The notes beneath the pieces are model-generated. The model ran no database searches. It was not told the origin of the DNA and was given only the letters and a program-made list of their open reading frames with translations. 64,000 nucleotides of DNA, from NCBI GenBank assembly GCA_963817245.1, contig CAWFNQ010000001.1, forward strand, positions 157,231 to 221,230. Reading direction: 5' to 3'. The position numbers and the translations under genes were made by a program. Below are positions 8,990 to 20,925 of this stretch, piece by piece. This stretch comes from an uncultured Chloroflexia bacterium (GTDB lineage: Bacteria > Chloroflexota > Limnocylindria > Limnocylindrales > CSP1-4). Position 1 is the first letter of the stretch. Each line of letters begins with the position of its first letter.

Positions 8990-11170
8990 TCAGTCCGGGG
9001 CGACTGCTGCCGCGATCGGGTCGACCGGCGTCTCGACGGCGACCGGCTTGGCCGGTGCGCCACCCTGCTTGCCGAGCGGGATGCCGTTGGCCTCGAGCCA
9101 GCGGCGGATCTGGCGGTAGACCGCCTCCGCGCCGACGATCGGCTCGTCCACCGTCCACTCGGCGGGATGCAGGATGAACGGGTGGGTCTGCGGGCCGCCC
9201 AGGCCGCCGTGGGAGCCGATGAGCTCCTCGAACGCGGCGACCTCGTCGGTCGCCTCCTCGAGCAGGCTGATCGCGACGATGTCGCCGCAGTGCTCCATGC
9301 CGTCGACGCGGCGCAGGCCATCGATCGGCGTGCTCGCCGAATTGGGTCACCGGGTCGGTGCCCTCCACCCGGTCGTCGTCGAGGTAGTGGACCCCGTCCG
9401 GCCCGAGGATCACCGTCCCGCGCGTCTCGGAGCGGACCATCAGCAGGCCGATGCCCTCGTGCTTCGAGAGCGTTTCGACCATCCCCGGGAAGTGCTCCTC
9501 CATCGTCTCGAGCGAGACGCGACCGGAGAGGCGCGGGAAGTAGATGAGCGCGAGGTTGCCCGAGGCGCACACGACGAGCTCGGGCGGTTCGGCCTCCTCG
9601 GCGCCCTCGGCCGCTCGCTCGTCCTTCGGGGCGACGTCGATGGTGCCGTCGGCGGTCTGACCGCCGAACGCCGCCCGGGTCAGCGCGCCCGTCGCGCCCG
9701 ACGTGGCGCGACGCCTCGGTCAGGGCCGCGTTGAGCGAGCCCCACTCCTCGACGCGGCCGGTGCCGGCGACGATCGAGGCGCCGCCCATCAGCTCGGCGA
9801 TCGTCGCCTCGAGGGTCTTGCCGTAGCGCTGGAGGAACGTGGCGCCCAGGCTCTGTCCGTGGTCGGACAGGAGGATGAACTTGTACGGCCGCGGCGCGTC
9901 CTCGGTCGCCTTGACGAGCGACGCGCACCGCCGCATCGACGCCGTCGAGCGCGTCGAGCGTCTCGCCGCGTTCCGGGCCCGAGTGGTGGGCGATCTCGTC
10001 GTAGTCGGTGTAGTCGATGTAGATGACCGGCGTGCCCCGGTACATCTCCTCCATGACCAGCGCCGTTCCCAGCGAGCGGAGGGCGACGTTGGTCGCGGCA
10101 CGAGCGACGGGGTAGGGCATGCCCCGGTGCATCGACGGCTCGACGCCGCGCAGGTGCGCCCGCCTCGCCTGGTAGTACTCCTTGAAGATCTCGCCGATCG
10201 TCAGCACGGCCATGCGCAGGTAGTTGTCCGGGCTGACGAAGAACGAGTACCAGGCCCGGCTGTGGCCGAGGCCCTGGCTCTTGTCCTTGATCGTCGCCAT
10301 CGTGATGTACGAGCGGACCGCATCGCCCGACACGAGGTTGCCGACGCTCGCGCCGTCGTTCGAGAGCAGCCCCTCGCCGTTCGACGCGCGGCGGACGATC
10401 TCGGCGGCGTCGGCCGGATGGTTCGAGACCATCATCACCTGGCGCTCCTTCTCCCACCAGCGGAACGCGGGGATGAAGCTGTTGTTGCCGTGCAGGATGC
10501 CGGCCTGGCTCGCCGAGGTCTGCGACGGCAGGAGCGCCGTCCACTTGTCGAGGCGCATCTGGCCGACTGCGGACCCACTTCGCGATGAACGGCACGCGGC
10601 CGGCCCGGATCTGGTGGGCGAGGATGGGGTGGGCGAGCCCGTCGATCTGGAGGATGACGACACCCGGGGTGTCCGAGACGATCGCGGTCCGGCGCGTCGC
10701 CGCGCGAGCTGGGCCACGAGCATGCCGTAGAACGTGTCGCTCGAGCCCGCGAGGAAGATCGCCGAGAGCACCGTATTGAAGAGGGCGAAGACGATCGAGC
10801 CGAGGAAGGCGGTGAAGATCCGATCGACGTCGAAGCCGGGGACCAGCCATTCCACGAGGTAGAACACGAGGATCTGGAACACGAGCGTCGCGACGATGAC
10901 CGCGACGACGGAGATGCTGGCGAAGACGAACAGGATCACCGGGCGGATCAGCGCATTGATCAGGGCGAAGGCGATCACGGCGAGCGTCAGTGACCAGGCA
11001 TCCTTGATGATCAGCCCAGGCAGGAGCGCGGCCGTCAGGAGGAGCGAGACCCAGGCGACGATGAACACGACGATCAGGCGCTTGATGAGCGCCCGCCGCC
11101 CCGGTCGCCACTTCCATAGCAGCTCGGCCTGGGTCTTGTAGAGGTCGATCAGGCCCCGGATGGCGTTCAT
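8990..11170 (-). pseudogene. DUF360/holin-family-4 membrane domain fused to an alkaline-phosphatase-superfamily phosphodiesterase (type I phosphodiesterase/nucleotide pyrophosphatase-like), about 5 frameshifts
   Basis: N-terminus MNAIRGLIDLYKTQ...LIKRLIVVFIVAWVSLLLTAALLPGLII...LINALIRPVILFVF (DUF360-like). Catalytic-domain motifs: VVILQIDGLAHPIL, LPSQTSASQAGILHG, IDYTDYDEIAHHSGPE, KFILLSDHGQSLG. C-terminus ...HGGLGGPQTHPFILHP. Frame switches near 10690, 10570, 9945, 9705, 9325. Confidence 0.75.
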
Positions 11171-11248
11171 CGGCGCGGTCCCTCGCTCGGCATCTTGGTC
11201 TCCTCCATCCGGTTCGGTCGTGGCGCACCGACGGGCGCGCCGCTGGGC

Positions 11249-12588
11249 TCAGAGCAGTCGGGAGATCCGGTCCATGGTGGCGTTCCAGGCGCGGGTCCGT
11301 GCGCCGGCCGGGATCTCAGCGGGCGTGCACATCGCGGCGAGCTCGTCGAAGACGGCGCGCTCGGTGATGTCGACGACGACATGGTCCTCGAACAACAGGT
11401 CGAGCTCGTCGTTGCGGAACAGGGACAGGTCGTCGAGGTTGCATCCCCCGATCAGGACCCGGTCATCGATGCGCAGGACCTTCGCGTGGGCCATCTGGGG
11501 GTGCAGGACGATCTCCACGCCCGCGGCCATCAGTCGCTCGTAGTGATGCCGGAAGGCGGCGGCCGGGTACGGCGGCGTCGGCTTGCCGGGGGCCATGAGC
11601 CGGACCTTGACGCCGCGCTGCGCCGCCTCGAGCAGTCGGCTCAGGATCGCCCGGTTGCTGATGTACGGGTTCACGATGTCGATCCGATCGGTGGCGGTCT
11701 CGATGGACGACTCGATGGCATCGCTGATCGGGTGATGACCGGTGCCGGGCACGTTCCAGAGCACGGTCGTGGGGACACGGAGGGCCGCGTCCACGGGCAC
11801 CTCCTGCGTCTCGCGCGGGAACCAGGCGGCGATCGCGTCGTCGTCGGCGGTCAGGCCGCCGCCCTGGTTGCGCCAGCTGGCGAGGAACACGAGCTGCAGC
11901 TGCGCCACGATCGGGCCGGTGACCCGGCACATGACGTCGTAGAAGCGCTCGTCGTTGTAGTGGTCCTCGATGCCGCTGCCCCCGACGTAGCCGATCAGGC
12001 CATCGATGACGGCCATCTTGCGGTGGTCGAAATGGAGCGTGTTCTCGGCCCGGACGGTCGCCCGCCGGTCGCCGAGCTCGCCCTCGCGGAAGACCACGAC
12101 GCCGTCATGGGCGACGACCTCGACGCCGGCCGCGATGAGGTCGCGGAACAGCTCCTTGCTGCCGAAGTCCACCTCGCTGCCGATCGCGTCGACCGAGAGA
12201 CGGACGCGGACCCCCTCGGCGACCTTGGCCGCGAGCGCGTCGCGGAACGTCGTCCCGATGGTCCCCGGCTTGTACCCGTAGATGAGCAGGTGGACGTGGT
12301 CGCGCGCCGCGGCGATGTCGTCGAGCATCCGCGGGAAGTAGCGCCGCCCGTGGAGCAAGCGGCTCGACGCTCGTGGCGACCGCCGGCGCGAACGACATCG
12401 CCAGATCGCGCCGGTGCACGGCCTCCATCGCCGCGAAGCTCTCGGACGCGGTCGGCGGCGGCGTCGGCGGTGATCGCATCGGGGCCGGACGGGAAGGCGA
12501 CCTGGCGCTTGGCCCGTCGGCTGAGCAGCGCCCCCGTGGTGGTGGCGGCCCCGGCGGCGCCCGCCACCAGCCAGCGACGCCGGCTCAC
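11249..12588 (-). pseudogene. Phospholipase D / cardiolipin synthase-like protein with two HKD motifs, 2 frameshifts near 12443 and 12357
   Basis: HKD motifs HFDHRKMAVIDG and HAKVLRIDDRVLIGGCN. The N-terminal part VSRRRWLVAGAAGAATTTGALL (Tat-like RRR or anchor) and ...FAAMEAVHRRDLAMSF... are in other minus frames. GTG at 12588 follows GGCGAGG. Confidence 0.75.
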
Positions 12589-12646
12589 GCGGACCTCGCC
12601 GGGGCGGCGCCCTGATCGCTCATCGCCTCGAGCACATGAGCGCGCA

Positions 12647-14453
12647 TCATGCGCGGAGCTCCCGGATGTTGTCCACGATCGCGAGCAGGGCCACGCCACC
12701 GATCGCGACGACGATGATCACCCATAGGTATTCGATCGCGAGGACGACGGCCGCCACGATCGCGAGGAACACCGTCAAGCGCAACAGGAGCTGGACGAGC
12801 CGGCGCCGGAAGGCCGCCTCGATCGCGACATACCCGCCGACCGCGAGCAGGAGCGCCGCCCACAACGGCACCAGGTGCAGCGAGAACGTGCCGATGAGCA
12901 CGATGACGAGGACGCCGGCACTGATGGCCGACCAGAACTCGACCGCGCGGCCGTAGCGCTGCTCCTCCGGTGGCTGCGGGCGTTGATCGTGCCGAAGGTG
13001 CGCCCGCGGGTCGCCCAGGTCGCCGGCCTCCGCGAGTGCCAGATCCCGTTGCGCCGCCTCGATCCGATCACCGAGCGTCGCGTCGGCCTTGCGCAGGTCG
13101 GCGAGCTCGGCCTCGGCGACCCCGAGCGCGAGCTCCTCCTTCGTGGGCCCGGTCGCCTCGACGATGTCCGCGGCCCGGACCGGGGTCGCCGCCGCGGTGC
13201 GGCGGACCTCGCCGGCCTTGAGCTCGGCCGCGACCCGGCCTGCGGCGCGTTCGACCTCGAGCTCGGCGATCCGATCGCGCAGCACGGTCGGCAAGAGGCC
13301 CGGCGGCGGCAGCTTGTCGAGCCCGAGGAAGCCGAGCGGATCGTTCCACGACTGGCGGACCGTGGCCTTGCGGGTGTACTTCGGCCCGGCCGGGGCCCGC
13401 TCGCCGGCGAAGCGATCGCGCGTGTCGAGTCCCCACAGCCCGCGGAACCCGTCGATCCACGGGGTCGAGTCGTCGACGAGGGCGGGCGTCCAGGCGACGT
13501 CACCGCCCGGGCCCACGGCCAGCCCGTCCCCGCGGGCGTAGTCGATGAACGGGATCGAGAGGGCCGCCGAGAGCTTGTCGGCGAGGTCGCCGGGATCGTC
13601 CTGGCGCAGGACGTCGCGCCAGAGACGGCGGAACCCTTCGAGGCCGGATCGCAGGAACCGCAACGCCGGGAGCGGCACGGGCGTGACGTACTCGCCCTGC
13701 TCGAAGTAGGACGCGTGCGAGCCGGCCCCGGCGAAGATCACCGGATGACCGTCGAGGAACGTGAGCGTCGGGTCGTCCCAGCGGCGACGCAGGTCGTCGC
13801 CGACGTAGTCGTGCGCCGCGCAGCCGATCCAGCGCGGGACGGCGTCAGCGTCCGTCGCGCCGGCCTCGAGCACGATCATCGCCTGCTCGAGGTCGGCCTC
13901 GTGGTCGTTCGCGCCGAAGAACGACGAGCGCCAGTCGTTCATCGCGTACATGAACATGTAGTGGAGGACGATCCAGCCGTCGCGCCGCTCGACGCGACCG
14001 TGGTAGACGACGCGCGGGTCGATCAGGCGGATCGCCTCGTATTGCTTCGCCGCGACGGCCGCGGTCCCGCCCGGGACCCGGCCGCGGACGAGGAGCGAGG
14101 CCGTGAAGCCGGCATCGACCAGCCGCGCGAAGAGACCGACGCGCGCCAGCCGGCCCGGGGCGCGGAAGTGCGGCCGGTCGGGCCGCCGATTCCACCGGGC
14201 GAGCTCGACGTCGATCCATCGGGCGGGAGACGAATCGCAGGTAGCTCTCCGCGCCGGGTTCCGGCAGCTCGGCGGCCAGTCGCTCGAGGGTCAGCTCCCC
14301 GGCCGGGACGATGACCTCGGCTCGCCCGCCGGCGGGCGCTCGCAGCAGGTCGCAGCGCTCGACGTAGCTCGCCGCCGCCATCGGGAAGAAGAGCTCGCCC
14401 GCGGTGTAGCGGACGACCGGCTCGAAGCGCTGGAGCAGCTCGACGTCACTCAC
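12647..14453 (-). pseudogene. ~600-aa protein of unknown function: Vps62/DUF946-like N-terminal half (tentative), coiled coil, four C-terminal TM helices; one frameshift near 14212
   Basis: The GTG at 14453 overlaps the upstream stop (GTGA). Motifs in order: LQRFEPVVRYTAGELFFP, GWIVLHYMFMYAMNDW, NDHEADLE, AGAGSHASYFEQG. Then the Ala/Glu/Arg-rich stretch DRIAELEVERAAGRVAAELKAGE...LADLRKADATLGDRIEAAQRDLALAEAG. Then the hydrophobic tail ...LVIVLIGTFSLHLVPLWAALLLAVGGYVAIEAAF...VVAIGGVALLAIV. Confidence 0.55.
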
Positions 14454-14857
14454 GGTTGTGCCGGCCCGGTCTCGGCCTCCGGGTCCGCGTCCTCGCTGAC
14501 GATCGCCCGGACGGAACGCTGGTTCAGGTAGAACGTCGTGATCACGAGGATCAGCAGGGTCAGGTAGTCGGGGAGGCCCACGTAGACGCGCGCGAGCCCG
14601 AGGGCGAGCTCGACACCGACCAGCACCATCGTGAGGACCCAGCCCCAGCGCTGGTAGAGCAACAGCCCGATGACCCCGATCACGGTGGCGCCGGCGAGCA
14701 CGAAGTCCGCCCCTCGGGTGAGCTCGGGATTCGAGGCGACGACCTGGACCCCGGCCACCGGCAGGTGTTGCCAGCCAAGGGCCACGCCGAACCGGCCCGC
14801 GGCGTCGAGGAGTCGGAGGACCGCGACGGCCAGGATCCCGAACGACCATCGGCGCAT
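14450..14857 (-). CDS. Four-helix small membrane protein, paralog of 8455..8838
   Basis: MRRWSFGILAVAVLRLLD...LLYQRWGWVLTMVLVGVELALG...ITTFYLNQRSVRAIV. I prefer the ATG at 14857 to the Arg/Pro-rich extension up to 14974. Confidence 0.6.
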   Translation of the reverse strand: MRRWSFGILAVAVLRLLDAAGRFGVALGWQHLPVAGVQVVASNPELTRGADFVLAGATVIGVIGLLLYQRWGWVLTMVLVGVELALGLARVYVGLPDYLTLLILVITTFYLNQRSVRAIVSEDADPEAETGPAQP

Positions 14858-14997
14858 CGGGCCGGGCGGCCGGAAACCGAGCCGCGCAGCGGGCGTATCG
14901 ACCGACGGGTCCCTCTCCACGGCCGAAGTATGGCGCGGCGCCCTACCCCGCGATGCGCCGGGTGCGTCGGCCACGCCGGGCCGGCCCGAGCCTGTCG

Positions 14998-15026
14998 TTG
15001 ACGCCCGCGGCGTTAATCCCGATAAT
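14998..15026 (+). promoter_or_regulatory. Sigma-70-type promoter candidate for the suf operon
   Basis: TTGACG (14998-15003) - 17 nt - GATAAT (15021-15026), about 85 nt upstream of the sufB ATG. Confidence 0.5.
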
Positions 15027-15032
15027 CTGACT

Positions 15033-15042
15033 CGGAATTCCG
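15033..15042. promoter_or_regulatory. Perfect 10-bp palindrome CGGAATTCCG over the predicted suf transcription start (operator candidate)
   Basis: The palindrome begins 7 nt after the -10 hexamer, in a locally AT-richer stretch. Confidence 0.35.
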
Positions 15043-15111
15043 TTGCGGCCCGGACGGACCGCCCGCGACGCCCCTCGGCGCCGCCACCCCGAAGCGAGGG
15101 ACCTCGATCGC

Positions 15112-16512
<1,401 letters not shown>

Positions 16513-16516
<4 letters not shown>

Positions 16517-17892
16517 CCGGCCCCGCCGCGGGGTCACGGCCGCGCCCGCCGCGCCGGGCGCTCGACGATCTGTCCCTCCCGATCGACCAGTCCACCCTCG
16601 AGACCCTCGCCGCGGCCGGCCCGGATTGGCTCGCCGCGGATCGTCGTGCGGCATTCGAGGCCTGGGCGGCGCTCCCGCCCGAGTCGAACCTGCTCTACAC
16701 GCCGTACATCGACCTTCGCCTGGCCGATCTCGCCGGCGCCCGGATCGTCACCGAGGTGGCGCCTCCGGCCGCGCCGTCCGGGTCGCTGCCCGGGGATGTC
16801 GATGGACTCGTCGAACTGACCGAGGGCGGCCTGACCGCCGCGTCGCTGTCCCCGGCCGCCTCCGCGGCCGGTGTGACGCTCTCGACGGTCGATGACCTCC
16901 TCGCGACCGACCCCGACCTGGCCCGGGCCCTGATCGACGGCGGCGCGACGCTCCCCGTCGGCGACAAGTTCGCCCAGATGACCCGCGCCCTGTGGCGGGT
17001 CGGGGTCGTCGTGGACATCCCCGACGGGGTCCAGCTCCAACGCCCGATCATCGTCCGGTCGGTCGTGGGCGCCCCGGGCCGGGCCCTGTTGACGCGCACC
17101 TTCATCCGCCTCGGGGCCGGTGCGCAGGCCGCCATCGTCGAGGAGCTCGTCGGCTCGTCCGACGCGTCGGGTCCTTCGGGACGGCAGGCCTTCCTTGCCG
17201 GGACGAGCGAGATCACGCTCGGGGCCGGGGCGTCGCTGGCGATGGCCAGCCTCCAGGAACTGCCCGAGACGGTGGTCGCGTTCCTGCATCGGCAGGCGAC
17301 GGTCGGCGAGGGCGCGACGCTCCACTGGGCCCTCGCCCAGCTCGGTGGCCGCCTCGTCCGCAGCCGCGTCGACAATCGGCTGGTCGGGGACCGCAGCTCG
17401 GCCGAACAGGTCGAGATCGTGTTCGGCGGCGATGAGCAGTTCTTCGACCTCACCTCGTATACGACCCACATCGGTCGCGACACGACCGGCAACCTGCTCT
17501 CGAAGGGCGCTCTGCTCGATCGAGCTCGGGCGTACCTGAAGGGCCTGATCGTCATCGAGCGATCGGCCGTCGGGACCGACAGCTTCCTCGGCGAGTTCGG
17601 GATGAACCTCTCGAAGGCCGCGCGGTCGGTCGCGATCCCCAGCCTCGAGATCGACCAGCCCGACTGCCGTCGCGCCGCCCACTCGAGCTCGGTCGGCCCG
17701 ATCGACGAGGCCCAGCTCTTCTACCTCGAGAGCCGCGGCATCCCGCCCGATGACGCCCGCAAGTACGTGGTGCTCGGGTTCCTCGAACCGGTCGTCGCCC
17801 GCGTCCCGCTCGCCGAGGCGCAGGACCGGTTGCGCGCGCTCATCGAGGCGAAGTGGGATGCCGGGACCGAGGCCGCCGGAGCCGCCGCGTAG
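16513..17892 (+). CDS. sufD: Fe-S cluster assembly protein SufD
   Basis: The GTG overlaps the sufB stop (GTGA). The C-terminal half ...TTHIGRDTTGNLLSKGALLDRARAYLKGLIVIERSAVGTDSFLGEFGMNLSKAARSVAIPSLEIDQPDCRRAAHSSSVGPIDEAQLFYLESRGI is SufD-like. Confidence 0.85.
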
Positions 17893-17921
17893 ATGCCACC
17901 AAAACCGGGGCTCCCGCGACC

Positions 17922-18257
17922 ATGAGGCGCATCGACCTCATCGCGGCCGAGGACGTGCCCGAGGGCACGATGCAGATGACCTACGTGGACGGCACCGACC
18001 AGGTCCTGGTCGTCAACACCAACGGTGAGTTCCACGCGCTCCAGGGCGTCTGCTCGCACGAGTACTTCGAGCTCGACCAGGGGTTCCTGACCAACGGCAC
18101 CCTGACCTGCGCCCTCCACCTGTCCCGGTTCGATCTCGAGAGCGGCGAGCCGCTCGACCCACCGGCGGAGGAGCCACTGGCCGTCTACACCGTGGTCGTC
18201 GAGGACGGGCGGGTGATCATCGAAGTGCCCGACGGGCCGCTCGAGATCAGCGAGTAG
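17922..18257 (+). CDS. Rieske (2Fe-2S) ferredoxin-like protein of the suf operon
   Basis: CSHEYFEL...CALHLSRF gives the CxH...CxxH Rieske ligands. It occupies the position after sufD seen in high-GC Gram-positive suf operons. Confidence 0.8.
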   Translation: MRRIDLIAAEDVPEGTMQMTYVDGTDQVLVVNTNGEFHALQGVCSHEYFELDQGFLTNGTLTCALHLSRFDLESGEPLDPPAEEPLAVYTVVVEDGRVIIEVPDGPLEISE

Positions 18258-18300
18258 CCGGTCGCCCACCGGCGAACGGCCGATGCCGGAGCGATCCGCG

Positions 18301-20925
18301 TCAGGGCGTGAGGGTCAGCGTCGTCACCCCGGCCGCCTGGATGGCCGCGGGGGAGAAGGGGAGCGGCACCGTCGCCCCGGTCCGCCACGGCTCGATCAGG
18401 TCGCCGTAGTGCCCGTCGCCCGGGTTGCCCGACTGACCCGTCGTGATGACGATGCCCGCGCCGTCCAAGTGGGACATGTCGATCCGGAGCCGATAGCTGG
18501 GGAGCGAAGTCGTCGCGAAGACGCCGTCGATGCCGACCGGGACGTACCCCGGGTCGTCGGGATCGGGATACGCCGCCTGCGCATCCCACGATGTGGCATC
18601 CGGGACGCCCTTGGCGCCGGCGATCGGGAAGGGTCCCTGGTCGAAGTACCACTCGAGCGGGGCGATGCCGCTGCTGCCCAGCGTGGCCTCCTGGAAGCGC
18701 ACCGTGTGGAGGTGGCCCCAGGTCCACCCGTCGGGTGAGCCGACGGCCGCCCGCAACTCGGCGCCGGCCTCATCCATCGCCCGGGCGACGATCATCGGCC
18801 CCGTCTCCACGACGTTCGGCGTCGCACGGTCGTCCCACCACGAGGCGTTCGGCTCGTCGAGGAGACGAGCGAGGACGACCCACGCCATCGAGTCGCCGAC
18901 GTAGTCGCGGGCCAACGGCCCCAGGTCGTCGTCGAAGATGTCGCGCTCAACGCGGTATTCCCAGGCCATGTAGGCCGCGCACCCGAGGCTGTCGATGTCG
19001 CAGGCGCCGTCCCACTCGTCGATGCGGTCGCGGATGAGCGCGCCGTCGGCCGTGGCCGGGGCGACGCCGCCGGCGCCCGGATCGGTCAGGTCGTCGAGCG
19101 TGAAGCCGACCCCCTGGGCCCGGAGTGGGGCCGTGTCCATCTGGATGGCCCCGAGCTCCGCCTGGGTGAGGCCGTCCTGGCTGTAGCCGTTGATGAGGTC
19201 GATGATCCGCTGCGCCCGGTCGCCCGGGTCCCACTCCGTCCCGAGGCGGTACGGATAGTTCGCGTCCACGGGGGCGTTGTTCGCCGTGACGATCCAGCCG
19301 GCCTCCGGATCGTATTGGCGGGGCAGGTCATCGAACGGGACGAAGCCCGTCCATTCGTGGCGGCCATCCGCCCCGGTGACGGGTCGCAGGCCCGTGTCGG
19401 CGGGGTCGGACCGGATCGGCATGGCGCCCGGGAACTGGTACCCGATGTGTCCGTCGACGTCGGCATAGACGAAATTCTGGGCGGGCGCCGTGTACGTCGA
19501 GAGCGCCGCACGGAACCCGGGGAAGTCCCGCACGGTGGCGAGGCGCAGCACGGACTCCACCGTGTGGTCCTGGACCTGCAGGGAGGTCCAGCGCAATGCC
19601 ATCGGCGGGGCGTCCTTGAGCCGCGGCTCGACATCGTTGAGGACCGGACCGTGGATCGTCTCGCGGACATCCATCTCGACCGGCGCACCGCCGCTCACCT
19701 TGATCGTCTCGTGGCGGACCGTGAACGGCTTCGGCCCGGCGGCCGTCAGATACGAGCCGGGGTCAGCCGGATCGACGGTCTCGATCACGAGGTCCTGCAC
19801 GTCGGCGTAGATGTTGGTCGCGCCCCAGGCGACCCGGGCGTTGTGCCCGAGGACCACGCCCGGCGCCCCCGGGAAGCTCACGCCGGCCACGTCGTACGGA
19901 CAGGCCGCCGCGACGACCCGGCAGTGGAGCCCGTTCATGATCCAGATCGACGGCATCGAGACGCCCAGGTGCGGGTCGTTGGCCAGGAGCGCGCCGCGCG
20001 TCAGCGAGAGCTCCGGGCTCACGACCCAGTCGTTCGAGCCCGTGTCGCGCGTCCCGAGGAGGCCGCGATCGTCGGCGATCCCGCCGGCGCCCAGGACGCC
20101 GCGAGCGATGTGGGCGAGGGCCAGCCAGGCCGAGGCCTGGTCCGGGGTCGGGGACGGGGCCAGGATGCTCGCCGCGGTCGACCCTGCCGCCGAGACCGGC
20201 GGCCGGTCGGCGCCGGCACCGCCGCTCCCCGCGAGCCCGCTGGGCGTGATGACCGGCGCGCCGTCCGGATACGGCGGGAACAGCTCGTCGGTCTTCGCCG
20301 GGTCGCCCAGCCGGGCATCCGCCAGGTACCGGAAGATCTCGCTCGAGAGGTTGCTGCCCAGGTCCCACGCCTGGACCTTGGCCCACGCCACCGAATCGAC
20401 GTCGGTCCACGGCTCGGGCGTCACGCCGGTCGCGACGTACGCGAGTCCCAGCGAACCGCGGTGGGTGTCCAGCCAGGCATTCACGCCGGCGGTGTACGCG
20501 TCGAGGATCGCCACCGTCTCCGGGCTGAACGAGGCGAGATCGCGCTGGGCGGCCTGCCACCAGCCGAGGGTCCGGATGAAGCGGTCCGTGTCGAGCTGGC
20601 TCTTCCCGAAGATCTCGCTGAGGCGGCCCGCGGAGATGTGGCGCCACACCTCCATCTGCCACATCCGCTCCTGGGCGTGGACGTAGCCCTGGGCCAGGAA
20701 CAGGTCGTGCGGGGTGTCGGCGGTGATGTGGGCGATCCCGTTCCGATCGCGGACCACGGTGACCGGCGCCGAGAGCCCGGGGATCGAGAGCGATCCGCTC
20801 GTCTGCGGGAGGGCTCGGACGGTGATCCACGTCACGAGTCCGGCGCCGAGCAGCACGATGACGACCAGGACGACGAGGGTCACGGCGATGGCCCGCTTGG
20901 CCAGGCGAACGGACCGGCGGCTCAC
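18301..20925 (-). CDS. Penicillin acylase family Ntn hydrolase (penicillin/AHL/cephalosporin acylase-like), N-terminally membrane anchored
   Basis: VSRRSVRLAKRAIAVTLVVLVVIVLLGAGLV (anchor). VRDRNGIAHITADTPHDLFLAQGYVHAQERMWQMEVWRH. Nucleophile context DTGSNDWVVS. The GTG at 20925 overlaps the OCD stop (GTGA). The 1130-aa ORF extension to 21693 is rejected as antisense of OCD. Confidence 0.85.
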   Translation of the reverse strand: MSRRSVRLAKRAIAVTLVVLVVIVLLGAGLVTWITVRALPQTSGSLSIPGLSAPVTVVRDRNGIAHITADTPHDLFLAQGYVHAQERMWQMEVWRHISAGRLSEIFGKSQLDTDRFIRTLGWWQAAQRDLASFSPETVAILDAYTAGVNAWLDTHRGSLGLAYVATGVTPEPWTDVDSVAWAKVQAWDLGSNLSSEIFRYLADARLGDPAKTDELFPPYPDGAPVITPSGLAGSGGAGADRPPVSAAGSTAASILAPSPTPDQASAWLALAHIARGVLGAGGIADDRGLLGTRDTGSNDWVVSPELSLTRGALLANDPHLGVSMPSIWIMNGLHCRVVAAACPYDVAGVSFPGAPGVVLGHNARVAWGATNIYADVQDLVIETVDPADPGSYLTAAGPKPFTVRHETIKVSGGAPVEMDVRETIHGPVLNDVEPRLKDAPPMALRWTSLQVQDHTVESVLRLATVRDFPGFRAALSTYTAPAQNFVYADVDGHIGYQFPGAMPIRSDPADTGLRPVTGADGRHEWTGFVPFDDLPRQYDPEAGWIVTANNAPVDANYPYRLGTEWDPGDRAQRIIDLINGYSQDGLTQAELGAIQMDTAPLRAQGVGFTLDDLTDPGAGGVAPATADGALIRDRIDEWDGACDIDSLGCAAYMAWEYRVERDIFDDDLGPLARDYVGDSMAWVVLARLLDEPNASWWDDRATPNVVETGPMIVARAMDEAGAELRAAVGSPDGWTWGHLHTVRFQEATLGSSGIAPLEWYFDQGPFPIAGAKGVPDATSWDAQAAYPDPDDPGYVPVGIDGVFATTSLPSYRLRIDMSHLDGAGIVITTGQSGNPGDGHYGDLIEPWRTGATVPLPFSPAAIQAAGVTTLTLTP

